Assembly (NCBI GenBank): GCA_963809895.1
Contig: CAWELD010000003.1
Span: 832,001 to 896,000 of the forward strand
DNA from: an uncultured Gemmatimonadales bacterium
GTDB lineage: Bacteria > Gemmatimonadota > Gemmatimonadetes > Longimicrobiales > Gaopeijiaceae
DNA length: 64,000 nt
Reading direction: 5' to 3'
The translations under genes and the position numbers were made by a program. Of the stretch, positions 31,620 through 40,806 are shown one piece after another (within the stretch, counting starts at the first letter, position 1; each line of letters starts with the position of its first letter). Under the pieces are notes generated by a model. The model was not told the origin of the DNA, did not search any database, and was given only the letters and a program-made list of their open reading frames with translations.

Positions 31620-32210
31620 GTGCGTGTGGAATTGCCCCTGCTGGCGCCCCTGGTCCTGGCGGCGCATCTGGTGCTCGCCGGGCCGCTGGCGGCGCAAGCG
31701 CCTTTGACCGTGGAGGCCCGCGGGGGCATCCTGGCTCCGATCGGGGGATTCCGGACGGGTCCGGAACGGGGCGGGGCCCTGGGGTCGGGCGCTTCGTTCG
31801 GCGTCCAGTTCGCGCTGGAGAGGAGCGATGGGCGCCACCTGTACCTGGGGTTCAGCCAGCATCGGGTGGACTGCGGTGACGACGGATGCGGTGGTGAGGG
31901 GTTGTACGTGTCGACGGCGTGGGACGGCGGGCTGCGCTGGGACCTGGGGTCCGGTGCATCGGTGCCCTGGATCCGCCTCGGGGTCACCATTCCCCGGGTG
32001 GAGCGGGACCGCCCGGCGCCCGACGACGCGGACGTGAGCGAGCTCGGATTCGGCGGTGAGGCGGGCTTCGGCGTGCGCTTCGGGATCCAGGGTCGCTTCT
32101 ATCTGAGTCCCGGGGTCCGTTTCGGCGCCGCCAACACCGGACTCCCGGACGGCACGCTGCTCCGCATGCGGTATCTGGTTGCGGACCTGGGTGTGGTGGT
32201 GGGGTTCTAA
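31620..32210 (+). CDS. Outer-membrane beta-barrel protein
   Basis: Signal peptide ...PLAA-Q, alternating beta-strand pattern, C-terminal Phe. Confidence 0.65.
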   Translation: MRVELPLLAPLVLAAHLVLAGPLAAQAPLTVEARGGILAPIGGFRTGPERGGALGSGASFGVQFALERSDGRHLYLGFSQHRVDCGDDGCGGEGLYVSTAWDGGLRWDLGSGASVPWIRLGVTIPRVERDRPAPDDADVSELGFGGEAGFGVRFGIQGRFYLSPGVRFGAANTGLPDGTLLRMRYLVADLGVVVGF

Positions 32211-32231
32211 TCCCCTCAGGAGGGATCACCG

Positions 32232-34283
32232 ATGACGATGCGCTCGATCCGCAGGTGCTTCCGGCTGACGGTTCTCCTTCTGTCGCTCCTGCTCTCGACG
32301 CTACCCGCTCGGCTCGGTGCCGAGGTGGTGCGCGTGGTGATCGACCGGCGCGAGGTGGTCCTCGACGGCCGTGCCTTCGGCGACGCCGGCGCGTACGAGA
32401 AGCTCGTGGGACGTATCTACTTCGCCTTCGATCCCGACAACCCGGCCAACGCCCGGGTGGTGGATCTGGACCTCGCGGTCCGCAACGCCGAGGGCAGGGT
32501 GGAGGCCTGGTCCGACTTCATGGTCCTGCAGCCGGTGGACCCGGAAAAGCGCCGGGGCGTGGCGTGGTTCGAGGTTCCCAATCGCGGCGGCAAGGCATCG
32601 CTCCGTTACTTCGACAACGCGACGCGCGGCGCCCTCGATCCCACCGCTCCCGAGGATTTCGGTGACGGCCTGCTGATGCGTCAGGGTCTCACGCTCATCT
32701 GGGTCGGATGGCAGTGGGACGTGCCCGATCGCGAGGGGCTGCTGCGCCTGCACGCACCGCTGGCCCGGGCGCCGGGCGGCGAGTCCATCGAAGGCCTGGT
32801 ACGCTCGGATTGGACGGTGGACGCCGATACCGACGTGCTGGATCTCGGCCACCGCGGCCAGCGGCCGTTCTTTCCGGCCGACCCCGAGAGCGGCGAGCAC
32901 GTCCTCACCGTGCGGGACGGTCGCGAAGCCCCTCGCCGGGTCGTGGACCGGTCGCGGTGGCGTTTCGTCGCGCCGGAGGCCGGGTCGGACAGCACGCGTT
33001 TCACCGCGATTCGACTGGAGGGGGGATTCGAGGCCGGCCACATCTACGAGCTGGTGTACCGGGCGCAGGATCCCCGCGTGGGAGGCCTGGGCCTGGCGGC
33101 CATCCGCGATGCCATGGCCTACGCCAAGTACGACCTCCACAGCGAGTTCCCCGCGCGAACGGGGATCGCGTTCGGCGTGTCCCAGACCGGTCGCTTCCTC
33201 CGGCACTTCCTCTACCAGGGCTTCAACGTCGACGAACGTGGACACAAGGTCTTCGACGGCATGTTGATCCACACCGCCGGGGCGGGGCGGGGGAGCTTCA
33301 ACCACCGCTTCGGCCAGCCCAGCCGTGATGCGCACCGCTACTCGGCCTTCTTCTATCCCACCGACATCTTCCCCTTCACCAGCCGTCCGGAGGCCGATCC
33401 CATCACCGGTCGGACCGAGGGGCTGTGGGACGCGCTGCCCGACGACATGCGTCCTCGTGTCATGGTCACCAACACCGGCTACGAATACTGGGGTCGCGCG
33501 GCGTCGCTCATCCACACGTCGGTGGACGGCTTCCAGGACGTCTCGCCCCTGCCCGGGGAGCGCATCTACCACCTGTCGGGGGGCCAGCACTTCGTCGGAG
33601 GATTTCCTCCGGACTCGGCAGCGCGGCTTCCTGGAGCCGATGCCTGGTTCGGCGACCCCGTGGACTTCCTGTTCACGCTGCGCGCCCTGGCCATGGACCT
33701 GGTGCGCTGGGTGGACGAGGATGTCGAGCCACCCCCCTCGGTGCTGCCGCGCGTCGCCGAGGGAACCCTGGTGAGCCCGCTGGGGCTGGCGTTCCCGATC
33801 GTCCCCGGCGTGGTCCCACCCCAGGTCTCGCACCTGGCGTACCGCGCCGACTACGGTCCCCGCTTCCGCGACCAGGGGATCGTCGACAAGCAGCCCCCGG
33901 AGCTGGGCCCGGCCTTCAGCTCGCAGGTGCCGCAGGTCGACGGGCTCGGCAACGAGCTCGGCGGAGTACGGGGGGTCGAGCTGAGGGTTCCCGTGGCCAC
34001 CTACGCTCCCTGGGCGCTTCGCATCGGGCTGCCGGGCCCACAGGACGAGCTGCGCGACTTCGTGGGCACCTTCATCCCACTGCCCCTGACCGAGGCGGAG
34101 CGGAAGGCGGCGGGTGACTCACGACCCAGCATCCAACATCTTTACGGGAGCCGGGAGTCCTACATGCGTCGGGTCGAAGTCGCCCTGGCGGACCTGACCC
34201 GGGAGCGCTTCCTCCTCGCCGAGGACGCGCCTCGCGCCCGGGCGTGGGCCGAGCGACTGTGGGATTGGGTGGTGGCGCGGTAG
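32232..34283 (+). CDS. Secreted alpha/beta hydrolase domain protein
   Basis: Signal peptide; GVSQTGRFLR nucleophile-elbow-like motif, EYWGRAASL, VDGLGNELGGVR. Confidence 0.8.
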   Translation: MTMRSIRRCFRLTVLLLSLLLSTLPARLGAEVVRVVIDRREVVLDGRAFGDAGAYEKLVGRIYFAFDPDNPANARVVDLDLAVRNAEGRVEAWSDFMVLQPVDPEKRRGVAWFEVPNRGGKASLRYFDNATRGALDPTAPEDFGDGLLMRQGLTLIWVGWQWDVPDREGLLRLHAPLARAPGGESIEGLVRSDWTVDADTDVLDLGHRGQRPFFPADPESGEHVLTVRDGREAPRRVVDRSRWRFVAPEAGSDSTRFTAIRLEGGFEAGHIYELVYRAQDPRVGGLGLAAIRDAMAYAKYDLHSEFPARTGIAFGVSQTGRFLRHFLYQGFNVDERGHKVFDGMLIHTAGAGRGSFNHRFGQPSRDAHRYSAFFYPTDIFPFTSRPEADPITGRTEGLWDALPDDMRPRVMVTNTGYEYWGRAASLIHTSVDGFQDVSPLPGERIYHLSGGQHFVGGFPPDSAARLPGADAWFGDPVDFLFTLRALAMDLVRWVDEDVEPPPSVLPRVAEGTLVSPLGLAFPIVPGVVPPQVSHLAYRADYGPRFRDQGIVDKQPPELGPAFSSQVPQVDGLGNELGGVRGVELRVPVATYAPWALRIGLPGPQDELRDFVGTFIPLPLTEAERKAAGDSRPSIQHLYGSRESYMRRVEVALADLTRERFLLAEDAPRARAWAERLWDWVVAR

Positions 34284-34293
34284 CCACGGCCCC

Positions 34294-36594
34294 TCACATG
34301 CGGAACAGGTAGCTCAGCTTGAGGAACAGCCCGTCTTCCACGGGATCCAGTCGGCTCAGGTCGTAGCTGCGGGCGCCCTGCTCGAGGCGGGTATAGCCCA
34401 CGTAGAAGATGGTGCCCGGGCCGGGCTCGTACTGGAGAAGCGCCTGTCCCTGGAACTCTCCCGACTCCCGCGCGTCCTGCGCCTCGCCCCCGACCACCAG
34501 CGCTGCGCCCGTGACCGGATCGATGAGCGCCGAACGCTCCTCCAGCGAGTACTGGCCCAGGAGTCGCGCCGACAGGGCCCGGCTGAACTGGTACTGCAGG
34601 TTCAGGCGGCTCACCTGTGCGGTACTGAAGAGCGATCCGTCGCGGTGGCGCTCGATCCGCGACCAGGTGTAGTTGAACGAGAGCGACAGGGCGTTGGTGG
34701 GTCGCACGGTGAGACTCGGCGCGAGCTGGACCTCGAATCCCCGGGAGGCCTCGGCGTAGATGGGGAGCTCGCGAAGATAGAAGCGGCCGTTCAGGTTGAG
34801 GGCGTCGGTGATGCGCATGCGGGGGAGCACCGCGAACGCCTTCATGTTCCTGAGCGATGGCGGAAGCACGAAGGGGCCGAGCGAGCCGTCCGCGGCGGAG
34901 ACCTGGTAGCCGGTGTAGTCCTCGGGGCGGAAGCGGAAGTACCCGTTCCGGAGGACGAACGTGAGCGTGCGATCGCCCCGCAAGGACAGGCTGGGCTGCA
35001 ACTCGATCTCGTGCTCCAGCGGGCGGCGCCCCGCCCACAGGCCCTCGTGCGTGAAGTAGTTGTCCACGCGCAACTCGCCGCTCCAGCGCTCCAGAAAGGC
35101 TCCGGGCGTGCCGAAGCCGGTGTAGCGCACCTGTCCCTGAAGCTGGGCGTCGCCCACGCGCTGGATGAAGCCCGACCGGGTGCGAAAGCCCGGATTCACG
35201 TCGTTGAGCTGCGCCTCCCAGGACAGGTTCCGGCCGCTGCGCTCCACCTGAGCGAAGAGGAGCGGCCGCCCCCGTCGAGGCCCGTCGCCCGCGCCCGTGT
35301 CGTCCCAGCTGGAGGCGAGCTGGGTGGTGACGGTGTACCGCCCCAGCAGGAGACGTGCATCACCGGCCAGCACGCGATTGTAGGCGCTTCCGGCGCTGCG
35401 GTCGGTGTAGACGACGCCCACCGACGAGCCCGTCCCCACGTCCCTCCGCACCCGCACGATGTTGAAGAAGGCGTCGTCCAGCGTCGGGGAGGCGTCGCGG
35501 GCTCCCAGGTATCCGACCTGGAACGCACCCACCTTGCCGGTGAGCTTGGCGCCCCCGTCCGGGTCCACGATCTGGCGCGTGTAGACCAGGTTCTGGGGCA
35601 TCTGGAAGATCTCGGTGCCTTCCAGGAAGAAGGGCCGCTTCTCGGGAAAGAAGAGGGCGAAGCGCTCGTTCACCGTGATGCGGTTCGCGTCGGCCTCGAT
35701 CTGCGAGAAGTCCGGGTTGACGGTGGCGTCCAGCGTGAGGTTGCGCGTCACCCCGTAGCGGAGGTTGAGCCCGTAGTCGTCCCGCAGGGACTCGTGGTGG
35801 AACGACCCGTCGTCCCGCAGCGCACCCGTGCGGCGGCCGGTGACCACCGGGTTGACCTCCACCAGCCGGCGTGGATGCAGATCCCGGAGCCCGGTGAGGC
35901 GGCCGCTCTGCGCGAGGGTGCTGGGTACGTCCTGGGTGAGGGGCGCCCAGGACTGCTTGAATCCGGTGCGCTTGACCTCGCGAGCGATGTTGAATCCCCA
36001 GCTCTGGGTCGGGATCTCGCGAAAGCGGAGCGAAACGTAGGGGATCCGGATCTCGGCCACCCATCCACGGGCCGTCACCCGGCCCTGGCTCTCCCAGATG
36101 AAGTCCGGATTGAAGTCGATGGACACCCCGCTGCTGCTCCCCGATCCTCTCCTCAGTCCCTCGATCCAGAGGCCGTCGGTCTGGATGCCGAGCGGGTTGA
36201 CGTAGAACACGTACGCCTGACGCTGGTCGTCGAAGGTGTCCAGCATGAGACGGATCCAGTCGTCGTTGAAGGCCGATCGGTCCCGCTCGCCGAGGCGGGC
36301 GAGGATGCGGTCCGGATCGACGTCCAGCGCCTCGACGCCGAAATAGATGGCTCGCGGCCCGTAGAAGACGTGGACCCGGGTCTCCTGCGACGCGCGCACG
36401 CCCTCGACGGGCTCGTACTGGGTGAAGCCGTCCAGCACGGCCGCCTCGGCCCAGGCCGGCTCGTCCAGGACACCGTCGATCTGGATGGAAGCGTCGGCCA
36501 CCCGGGGGACCGGGACGTCGAGCTGGCCGTCGCGTCCGGAATAGCTCTGCGGCGTCGTCTGGAGGACGGCGGCGAGAGCCAGAATCGGGATCAT
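34294..36594 (-). CDS. CBM9-like sugar-binding / DUF5916-type outer-membrane protein
   Basis: IDGVLDEPAW, GWVAEIRIPY, TVNPDFSQIEAD, FFPEKRPFFLEG, C-terminal KLSYLFRM. Confidence 0.8.
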   Translation of the reverse strand: MIPILALAAVLQTTPQSYSGRDGQLDVPVPRVADASIQIDGVLDEPAWAEAAVLDGFTQYEPVEGVRASQETRVHVFYGPRAIYFGVEALDVDPDRILARLGERDRSAFNDDWIRLMLDTFDDQRQAYVFYVNPLGIQTDGLWIEGLRRGSGSSSGVSIDFNPDFIWESQGRVTARGWVAEIRIPYVSLRFREIPTQSWGFNIAREVKRTGFKQSWAPLTQDVPSTLAQSGRLTGLRDLHPRRLVEVNPVVTGRRTGALRDDGSFHHESLRDDYGLNLRYGVTRNLTLDATVNPDFSQIEADANRITVNERFALFFPEKRPFFLEGTEIFQMPQNLVYTRQIVDPDGGAKLTGKVGAFQVGYLGARDASPTLDDAFFNIVRVRRDVGTGSSVGVVYTDRSAGSAYNRVLAGDARLLLGRYTVTTQLASSWDDTGAGDGPRRGRPLLFAQVERSGRNLSWEAQLNDVNPGFRTRSGFIQRVGDAQLQGQVRYTGFGTPGAFLERWSGELRVDNYFTHEGLWAGRRPLEHEIELQPSLSLRGDRTLTFVLRNGYFRFRPEDYTGYQVSAADGSLGPFVLPPSLRNMKAFAVLPRMRITDALNLNGRFYLRELPIYAEASRGFEVQLAPSLTVRPTNALSLSFNYTWSRIERHRDGSLFSTAQVSRLNLQYQFSRALSARLLGQYSLEERSALIDPVTGAALVVGGEAQDARESGEFQGQALLQYEPGPGTIFYVGYTRLEQGARSYDLSRLDPVEDGLFLKLSYLFRM

Positions 36595-36602
36595 CACGGG
36601 GC

Positions 36603-38651
36603 TCAGGCCAGCTCCGCCTCGCGTCCGGCGCTGCCACTGGCGGCCGGCTGGGGAACCAGGGTGGCGTAGATCTCCTCCAGGCGGGGGAGCACGCTCTCGA
36701 AGGCTGCCGCCACCGCCGGGTCGAACTGGGTCCCGGAGCGCTCCCGGATGAGGGCGACGGCCTCGTCCCAGCTCCGCGCCGGCCGATAGGCTCTGGGGCT
36801 CGTCATGGCATCGAGGGCATCCGCGAGGCCCACCACGCGGGCCGCCAGCGGGATGGTCTCGCCCGCCAGGGTGTCGGGATAGCCGCTCCCGTCCCAGGAC
36901 TCGTGGTGCCACCCCACCACCGCGAGGATGAGGTCGTCGTCCAGCAGGGGTTCGAGGATGCGGCGCCCTACCTTGGGATGCGCCTTCACGGCGGCGAATT
37001 CCTCGCCCGTGAGGTCCGAGTCCTTGTTGAGCACGACGTCGGGCACGCCGATCTTGCCCACGTCGTGAAGCTCACAGGCCAGTTGCAGCGATGCCCGGTC
37101 CAGGAGCTCTCCGTCGGAGTCCACGGCATCGGCCAGCACCGCGGCGTAGGCTCCGACGCGCTCCGAGTGCCCGGCGGTGTAGGGATCCCGGGCCTCCACC
37201 GCGCGCACGAGCGCCCGAGCGCCCTTGAGGACCGCCTCGCGGACCAGCACGTCGCGCGCCTCGGCGGCCGGATCCTCCGGCGGGCGCTGAGCCCGCTCGG
37301 ACAGCGACCGGTCCCGACGAGCCAGCGCATCGACCAGATGAGCGCGCAGCTCAGGCATCCCGAAGGGCTTGAAGAGATAGCGGTCGGCGCCCGCGTTCAG
37401 GGCGTCGGCGGCGACCTGGGCGTCCTGCAGGCCGGTGATGACGATGACCTGGGTCGCCGGCCAACGCGACTTCACCGCCGACACCATCTCGTTGCCGCCG
37501 GCGCCCGGGAGCCGGATGTCGGTGATGACGGCGTCGAACTCCTCCTTCAGCGCCCGCACGCCCAACGGAACCGAGGCCGCCTGGGTGACCTCGAATCCCT
37601 CGCGCTCGAGATAGGTGGACAGCAGCTCCCGCACCTGCTGGTCGTCCTCGACGATGAGCATCTTGCGTCCGTTGCCGAACCCGGTGATCTGGTGGGGCAG
37701 CGGCGCGCCCGGCGCGGCCGCGCGCCGCGGATCCTTCTTCGGCGCGGCCACCCGACGCTCGGTCGACCCACCGGGCTGAGCTTCCATCTGATCCATCCCG
37801 CCGCGACCGAAGATGCGCACGCAGTTGCGGCCCTGGCGCTTGGCCTCGTAGAGCGCGTGGTCCGCCGCGGCCAGCAGCTCGTCCGGCGAATGCATGCTGG
37901 GGTGGTAGGCGGCCACGCCTGCGCTCACGGTGAGGGGGCCGTCGCCGAGGTTGAGGGCCCTCAGCGCCATGCGGACCCGATCGGCGAAGATGGCCGCGCC
38001 GTCGGGGTCGGAGCCGGCCAGCACGCTCACGAACTCCTCGCCGCCGAAACGGGAGGACAGGTTCATGCGTCGGGTGGTGCGCGCCAACACCTGGGCGAAG
38101 GCCTCCAGCGCCTCGTCGCCGGCCTGATGGCCGTAGCTGTCGTTGTAGAGCTTGAACTGGTCCAGGTCGAAAAGCACGACCGCCAGGAGCCGTCCGCGCT
38201 GGGCCGCCGCGAACTCGTTCTCCAGGAAGACCCGTGCGTGACGTCGATTGGGCAGGTGCGTGAGGAGGTCCGTGAAGGCCATGTCCTCGACGACGTTGCG
38301 ATCCCGATGCAGCACCTCGGCCAGCCAGCCGATCCCGAGCGAGATGACGAGGTAGGCGACGGCCACGACCAGCAGCATATCGGGCACCTGGCGCCCCATC
38401 CACAGCGACACCGCCTGCGTGCAGGAGAGCGTGGCCATGCCGGCAGCCAGGGCCGTGGCCACGCCGCGCCAGCCACGGTAGTAGGCCAGCAGGAAGGCCG
38501 GCAGCAACGCCAGCAGCCAGAGGAACGGCGCGTACTCTCGCAGGACGTCGGGAACGATGAACGCGCCCAGGGCCGGAATGGCCAGGGCCGCAAGAGAGAC
38601 GGCCAGGGCCCGTGGCGGCACCTGGCGAGAACGCGAGTCGGGGCGGGTCAT
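36603..38651 (-). CDS. Membrane-bound GGDEF-REC-HD-GYP hybrid signalling protein
   Basis: N-terminal TMs; DLDQFKLYNDSYGHQAGD and RFGGEEF; receiver (IVEDD, TDIRLPG, LFKP); HDVGK and HHESWDGSGYP. Confidence 0.88.
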   Translation of the reverse strand: MTRPDSRSRQVPPRALAVSLAALAIPALGAFIVPDVLREYAPFLWLLALLPAFLLAYYRGWRGVATALAAGMATLSCTQAVSLWMGRQVPDMLLVVAVAYLVISLGIGWLAEVLHRDRNVVEDMAFTDLLTHLPNRRHARVFLENEFAAAQRGRLLAVVLFDLDQFKLYNDSYGHQAGDEALEAFAQVLARTTRRMNLSSRFGGEEFVSVLAGSDPDGAAIFADRVRMALRALNLGDGPLTVSAGVAAYHPSMHSPDELLAAADHALYEAKRQGRNCVRIFGRGGMDQMEAQPGGSTERRVAAPKKDPRRAAAPGAPLPHQITGFGNGRKMLIVEDDQQVRELLSTYLEREGFEVTQAASVPLGVRALKEEFDAVITDIRLPGAGGNEMVSAVKSRWPATQVIVITGLQDAQVAADALNAGADRYLFKPFGMPELRAHLVDALARRDRSLSERAQRPPEDPAAEARDVLVREAVLKGARALVRAVEARDPYTAGHSERVGAYAAVLADAVDSDGELLDRASLQLACELHDVGKIGVPDVVLNKDSDLTGEEFAAVKAHPKVGRRILEPLLDDDLILAVVGWHHESWDGSGYPDTLAGETIPLAARVVGLADALDAMTSPRAYRPARSWDEAVALIRERSGTQFDPAVAAAFESVLPRLEEIYATLVPQPAASGSAGREAELA

Positions 38652-38683
38652 GCTTCGAAGTTGCCCCTCGTTCGCCTCCCGGG

Positions 38684-39190
38684 TCAAGCAGATTGAAACA
38701 AGTGTTTCCCACCGCCTCGGGAGCCCGGGTCGAGAGTGGCCTCCATGCGCAGCCCGTCCGCGCCGTCGGCGTAGTAGCCCGGAAGCGAGGCCACCGCACG
38801 AAATCCCGCGGTCCGGTAGAGCGAAAGGGCCACCTCGTTCGTGTCGCGAACCTCGAGCCGCACGCGCCGGGCTCCGTGGCGCCGGGCGGCGGCGAGCACG
38901 GCTGCCAGCAGGGCCCGGCCCACACCGCGTCCCCTGGCCTCGGGAGCCACCGCCAGCGAATAGAGCCTCGCCACCTCCGATCCCGACCGGAAGAGCACCA
39001 CCGCGGCTCCTCCGAGGCCCTGCAGCGCAGGGGCGGTGGCGAGCAGTACTCGCGCGTGGGCCCGCGTGAGGAGATGGCGCCAGGCCCGGCGGGAGATGCG
39101 GTCCACGGGAAAGGCGCGGTCCTCCAGGTCCACCAGGTCGTCCAGGTCGTCGGCGGTGGCGCAGCGGATGATGAGGGGCGGCGATTCCAT
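38684..39190 (-). CDS. GNAT N-acetyltransferase (RimI-like)
   Basis: LYSLAVAPEARGRGVGRALL, LEVRDTNEVALSLY, YYADGADG. Confidence 0.85.
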   Translation of the reverse strand: MESPPLIIRCATADDLDDLVDLEDRAFPVDRISRRAWRHLLTRAHARVLLATAPALQGLGGAAVVLFRSGSEVARLYSLAVAPEARGRGVGRALLAAVLAAARRHGARRVRLEVRDTNEVALSLYRTAGFRAVASLPGYYADGADGLRMEATLDPGSRGGGKHLFQSA

Positions 39191-39322
39191 GTCCGTCAGG
39201 GTAGCGGCGACCGCAGCCCTCGTCCACGGCCGGAGGCCTCTCTGGACGCGACGCCGGTGCCGGCGCATGTTGCCGCGTGCCGGACCGCCAACCCTCCTCC
39301 CTCCCTCCCATCCACGCTCGCC

Positions 39323-40267
39323 ATGCGCCGTCCCTCGCTGGTCGCCACCGCCCTGTGCCTGCCGGTCTTCGTGGCCGCCTGCCGGGATCGAGCACCGGAC
39401 GGCAACCTTCAGGGCGCCGTGTCGGTTCCGGGGCAGCGTGCCCGGGAGGTCGTAGAGAACCTCGTGGACAGTCTGGGCCGGTCTCACGAGGCGGAGATCT
39501 CCGTGTACTACCGGAGTCCGGAGAGGGGGGACTCCATCCTGATCAGGCCGGACGTGCGCATGCACGCCGCCAGCACCATGAAGGTGCCGGTGCTCCTGCA
39601 GCTCTACCTGGACCAGGAGGCCGGACGGCTGGACCTGGACGACTCCCTGATCGTGGGGACCACCTTCCGTTCCATCGTCGACGGCTCGCGCTACGAGCTC
39701 GATCGGGGATCCGACTCGGACAGCACCCTGTACGTCCGGGCCGGACAGAAGGTGGCCTTGCGTGAGCTGGCGGATCTCATGATCACCCGCTCGAGCAACC
39801 TGGCCACCAACCTGCTGATCCGTGAGGTGGACGCCGGGCGCGTCACCGCCACCATGCGCCGGCTGGGCGCCGATTCCATGGAGGTACTGCGAGGCGTGGA
39901 GGACATCCCGGCGTTCGAGGCGGGCCTCAACAACACGACCACCGCCCGCGATCTCGGCGTCCTGTTCCGGGCGCTGATCACGGGCACGGTGGCCTCGGAC
40001 GCCTCCCGTCAGGAGATGCTCGCCATCCTGGAGCGCCAGCGGTTCAGGGACAAGATCCCGGCAGGGCTCCCGGCTGGGGTCCGCGTGGCGAACAAGACGG
40101 GCTGGATCACCGGGATCAGCCACGACGCGGCCGTGGTGTATCCGCCCGCCGATCCCCCCTACGTGTTGGTGGTGCTCACCCGTGGTATCCAGGACCAGGA
40201 CGAGGCCGCGGGGGTCGTCGCGGAGGTGTCGCGGCAGGTGTGGCGCTACCACACCCGTGTCTCGTGA
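39323..40267 (+). CDS. Class A beta-lactamase-like serine hydrolase, lipoprotein
   Basis: ASTMK (SxxK), SSN (SxN), NKTG; VAAC lipobox. Confidence 0.85.
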   Translation: MRRPSLVATALCLPVFVAACRDRAPDGNLQGAVSVPGQRAREVVENLVDSLGRSHEAEISVYYRSPERGDSILIRPDVRMHAASTMKVPVLLQLYLDQEAGRLDLDDSLIVGTTFRSIVDGSRYELDRGSDSDSTLYVRAGQKVALRELADLMITRSSNLATNLLIREVDAGRVTATMRRLGADSMEVLRGVEDIPAFEAGLNNTTTARDLGVLFRALITGTVASDASRQEMLAILERQRFRDKIPAGLPAGVRVANKTGWITGISHDAAVVYPPADPPYVLVVLTRGIQDQDEAAGVVAEVSRQVWRYHTRVS

Positions 40268-40782
40268 ACGCCCTGGGTCCGGTTCTGGCCATGGGGTCTG
40301 CGCCGGGCGGCGGCGCGGGCATGGTGGCGGCGACGGAGCTGACGGTGGACCAGCACGGCGTCGTGGGCGATCGCTACCGCGACGGGGAAGGACGCTGGTC
40401 GTCCCATCGGACCAGTCCGCTGACGCTTGTGGCCGCAGGCGATGTCGGCGTGGCCGCGCGAGAGCTGGGCGTCCAGCTCGATCCGCTGGCGCTGCGACGG
40501 AACGTGGTGCTGGACGGACGGAACGTCGCCGACCTGGTGGGGACGCGCTTCCGCCTCGGTGAGGTCCTGCTCCGGGGTGAGCGCGTGTGCGCGCCCTGCC
40601 GCTACCTGGAGGAGCTGCTCGGAATCCCCGGACTGAAGGACGCGCTGGGCGAAGGGCGCGGGGGGTTGCGGGCCACCGTACTGACGCCGGGCCGCATCCG
40701 GATCGGCGACCGCGTGGAGCCCTCGCCCACGGATAATTCTACAGATGTAGTTGACAACGGTGGGTGCGTGGTAGCAACGTAG
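40264..40782 (+). CDS. MOSC domain protein
   Basis: GVVGDRY, LRRNVV, CAPCRYL, GRGGLRATVL, GRIRIGD; GTGA overlap with the upstream gene. Confidence 0.85.
   Translation: MNALGPVLAMGSAPGGGAGMVAATELTVDQHGVVGDRYRDGEGRWSSHRTSPLTLVAAGDVGVAARELGVQLDPLALRRNVVLDGRNVADLVGTRFRLGEVLLRGERVCAPCRYLEELLGIPGLKDALGEGRGGLRATVLTPGRIRIGDRVEPSPTDNSTDVVDNGGCVVAT
40739..40756 (+). promoter_or_regulatory. BlaI/MecI-type operator adjacent to a -35 hexamer
   Basis: CTACAGATGTAG (TACAnnTGTA) at 40739-40750 followed directly by TTGACA, upstream of an M56/BlaR1-family gene. Confidence 0.6.
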
Positions 40783-40806
40783 GGAGCGCACCCGTCGTAA
40801 CTAGGT

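Noticed and set aside
40734..40752. TAATTCTACAGATGTAGTT resembles a Cas12a-type direct repeat
   Set aside because: Single copy, no spacers and no cas genes; better explained as a BlaI-type operator.
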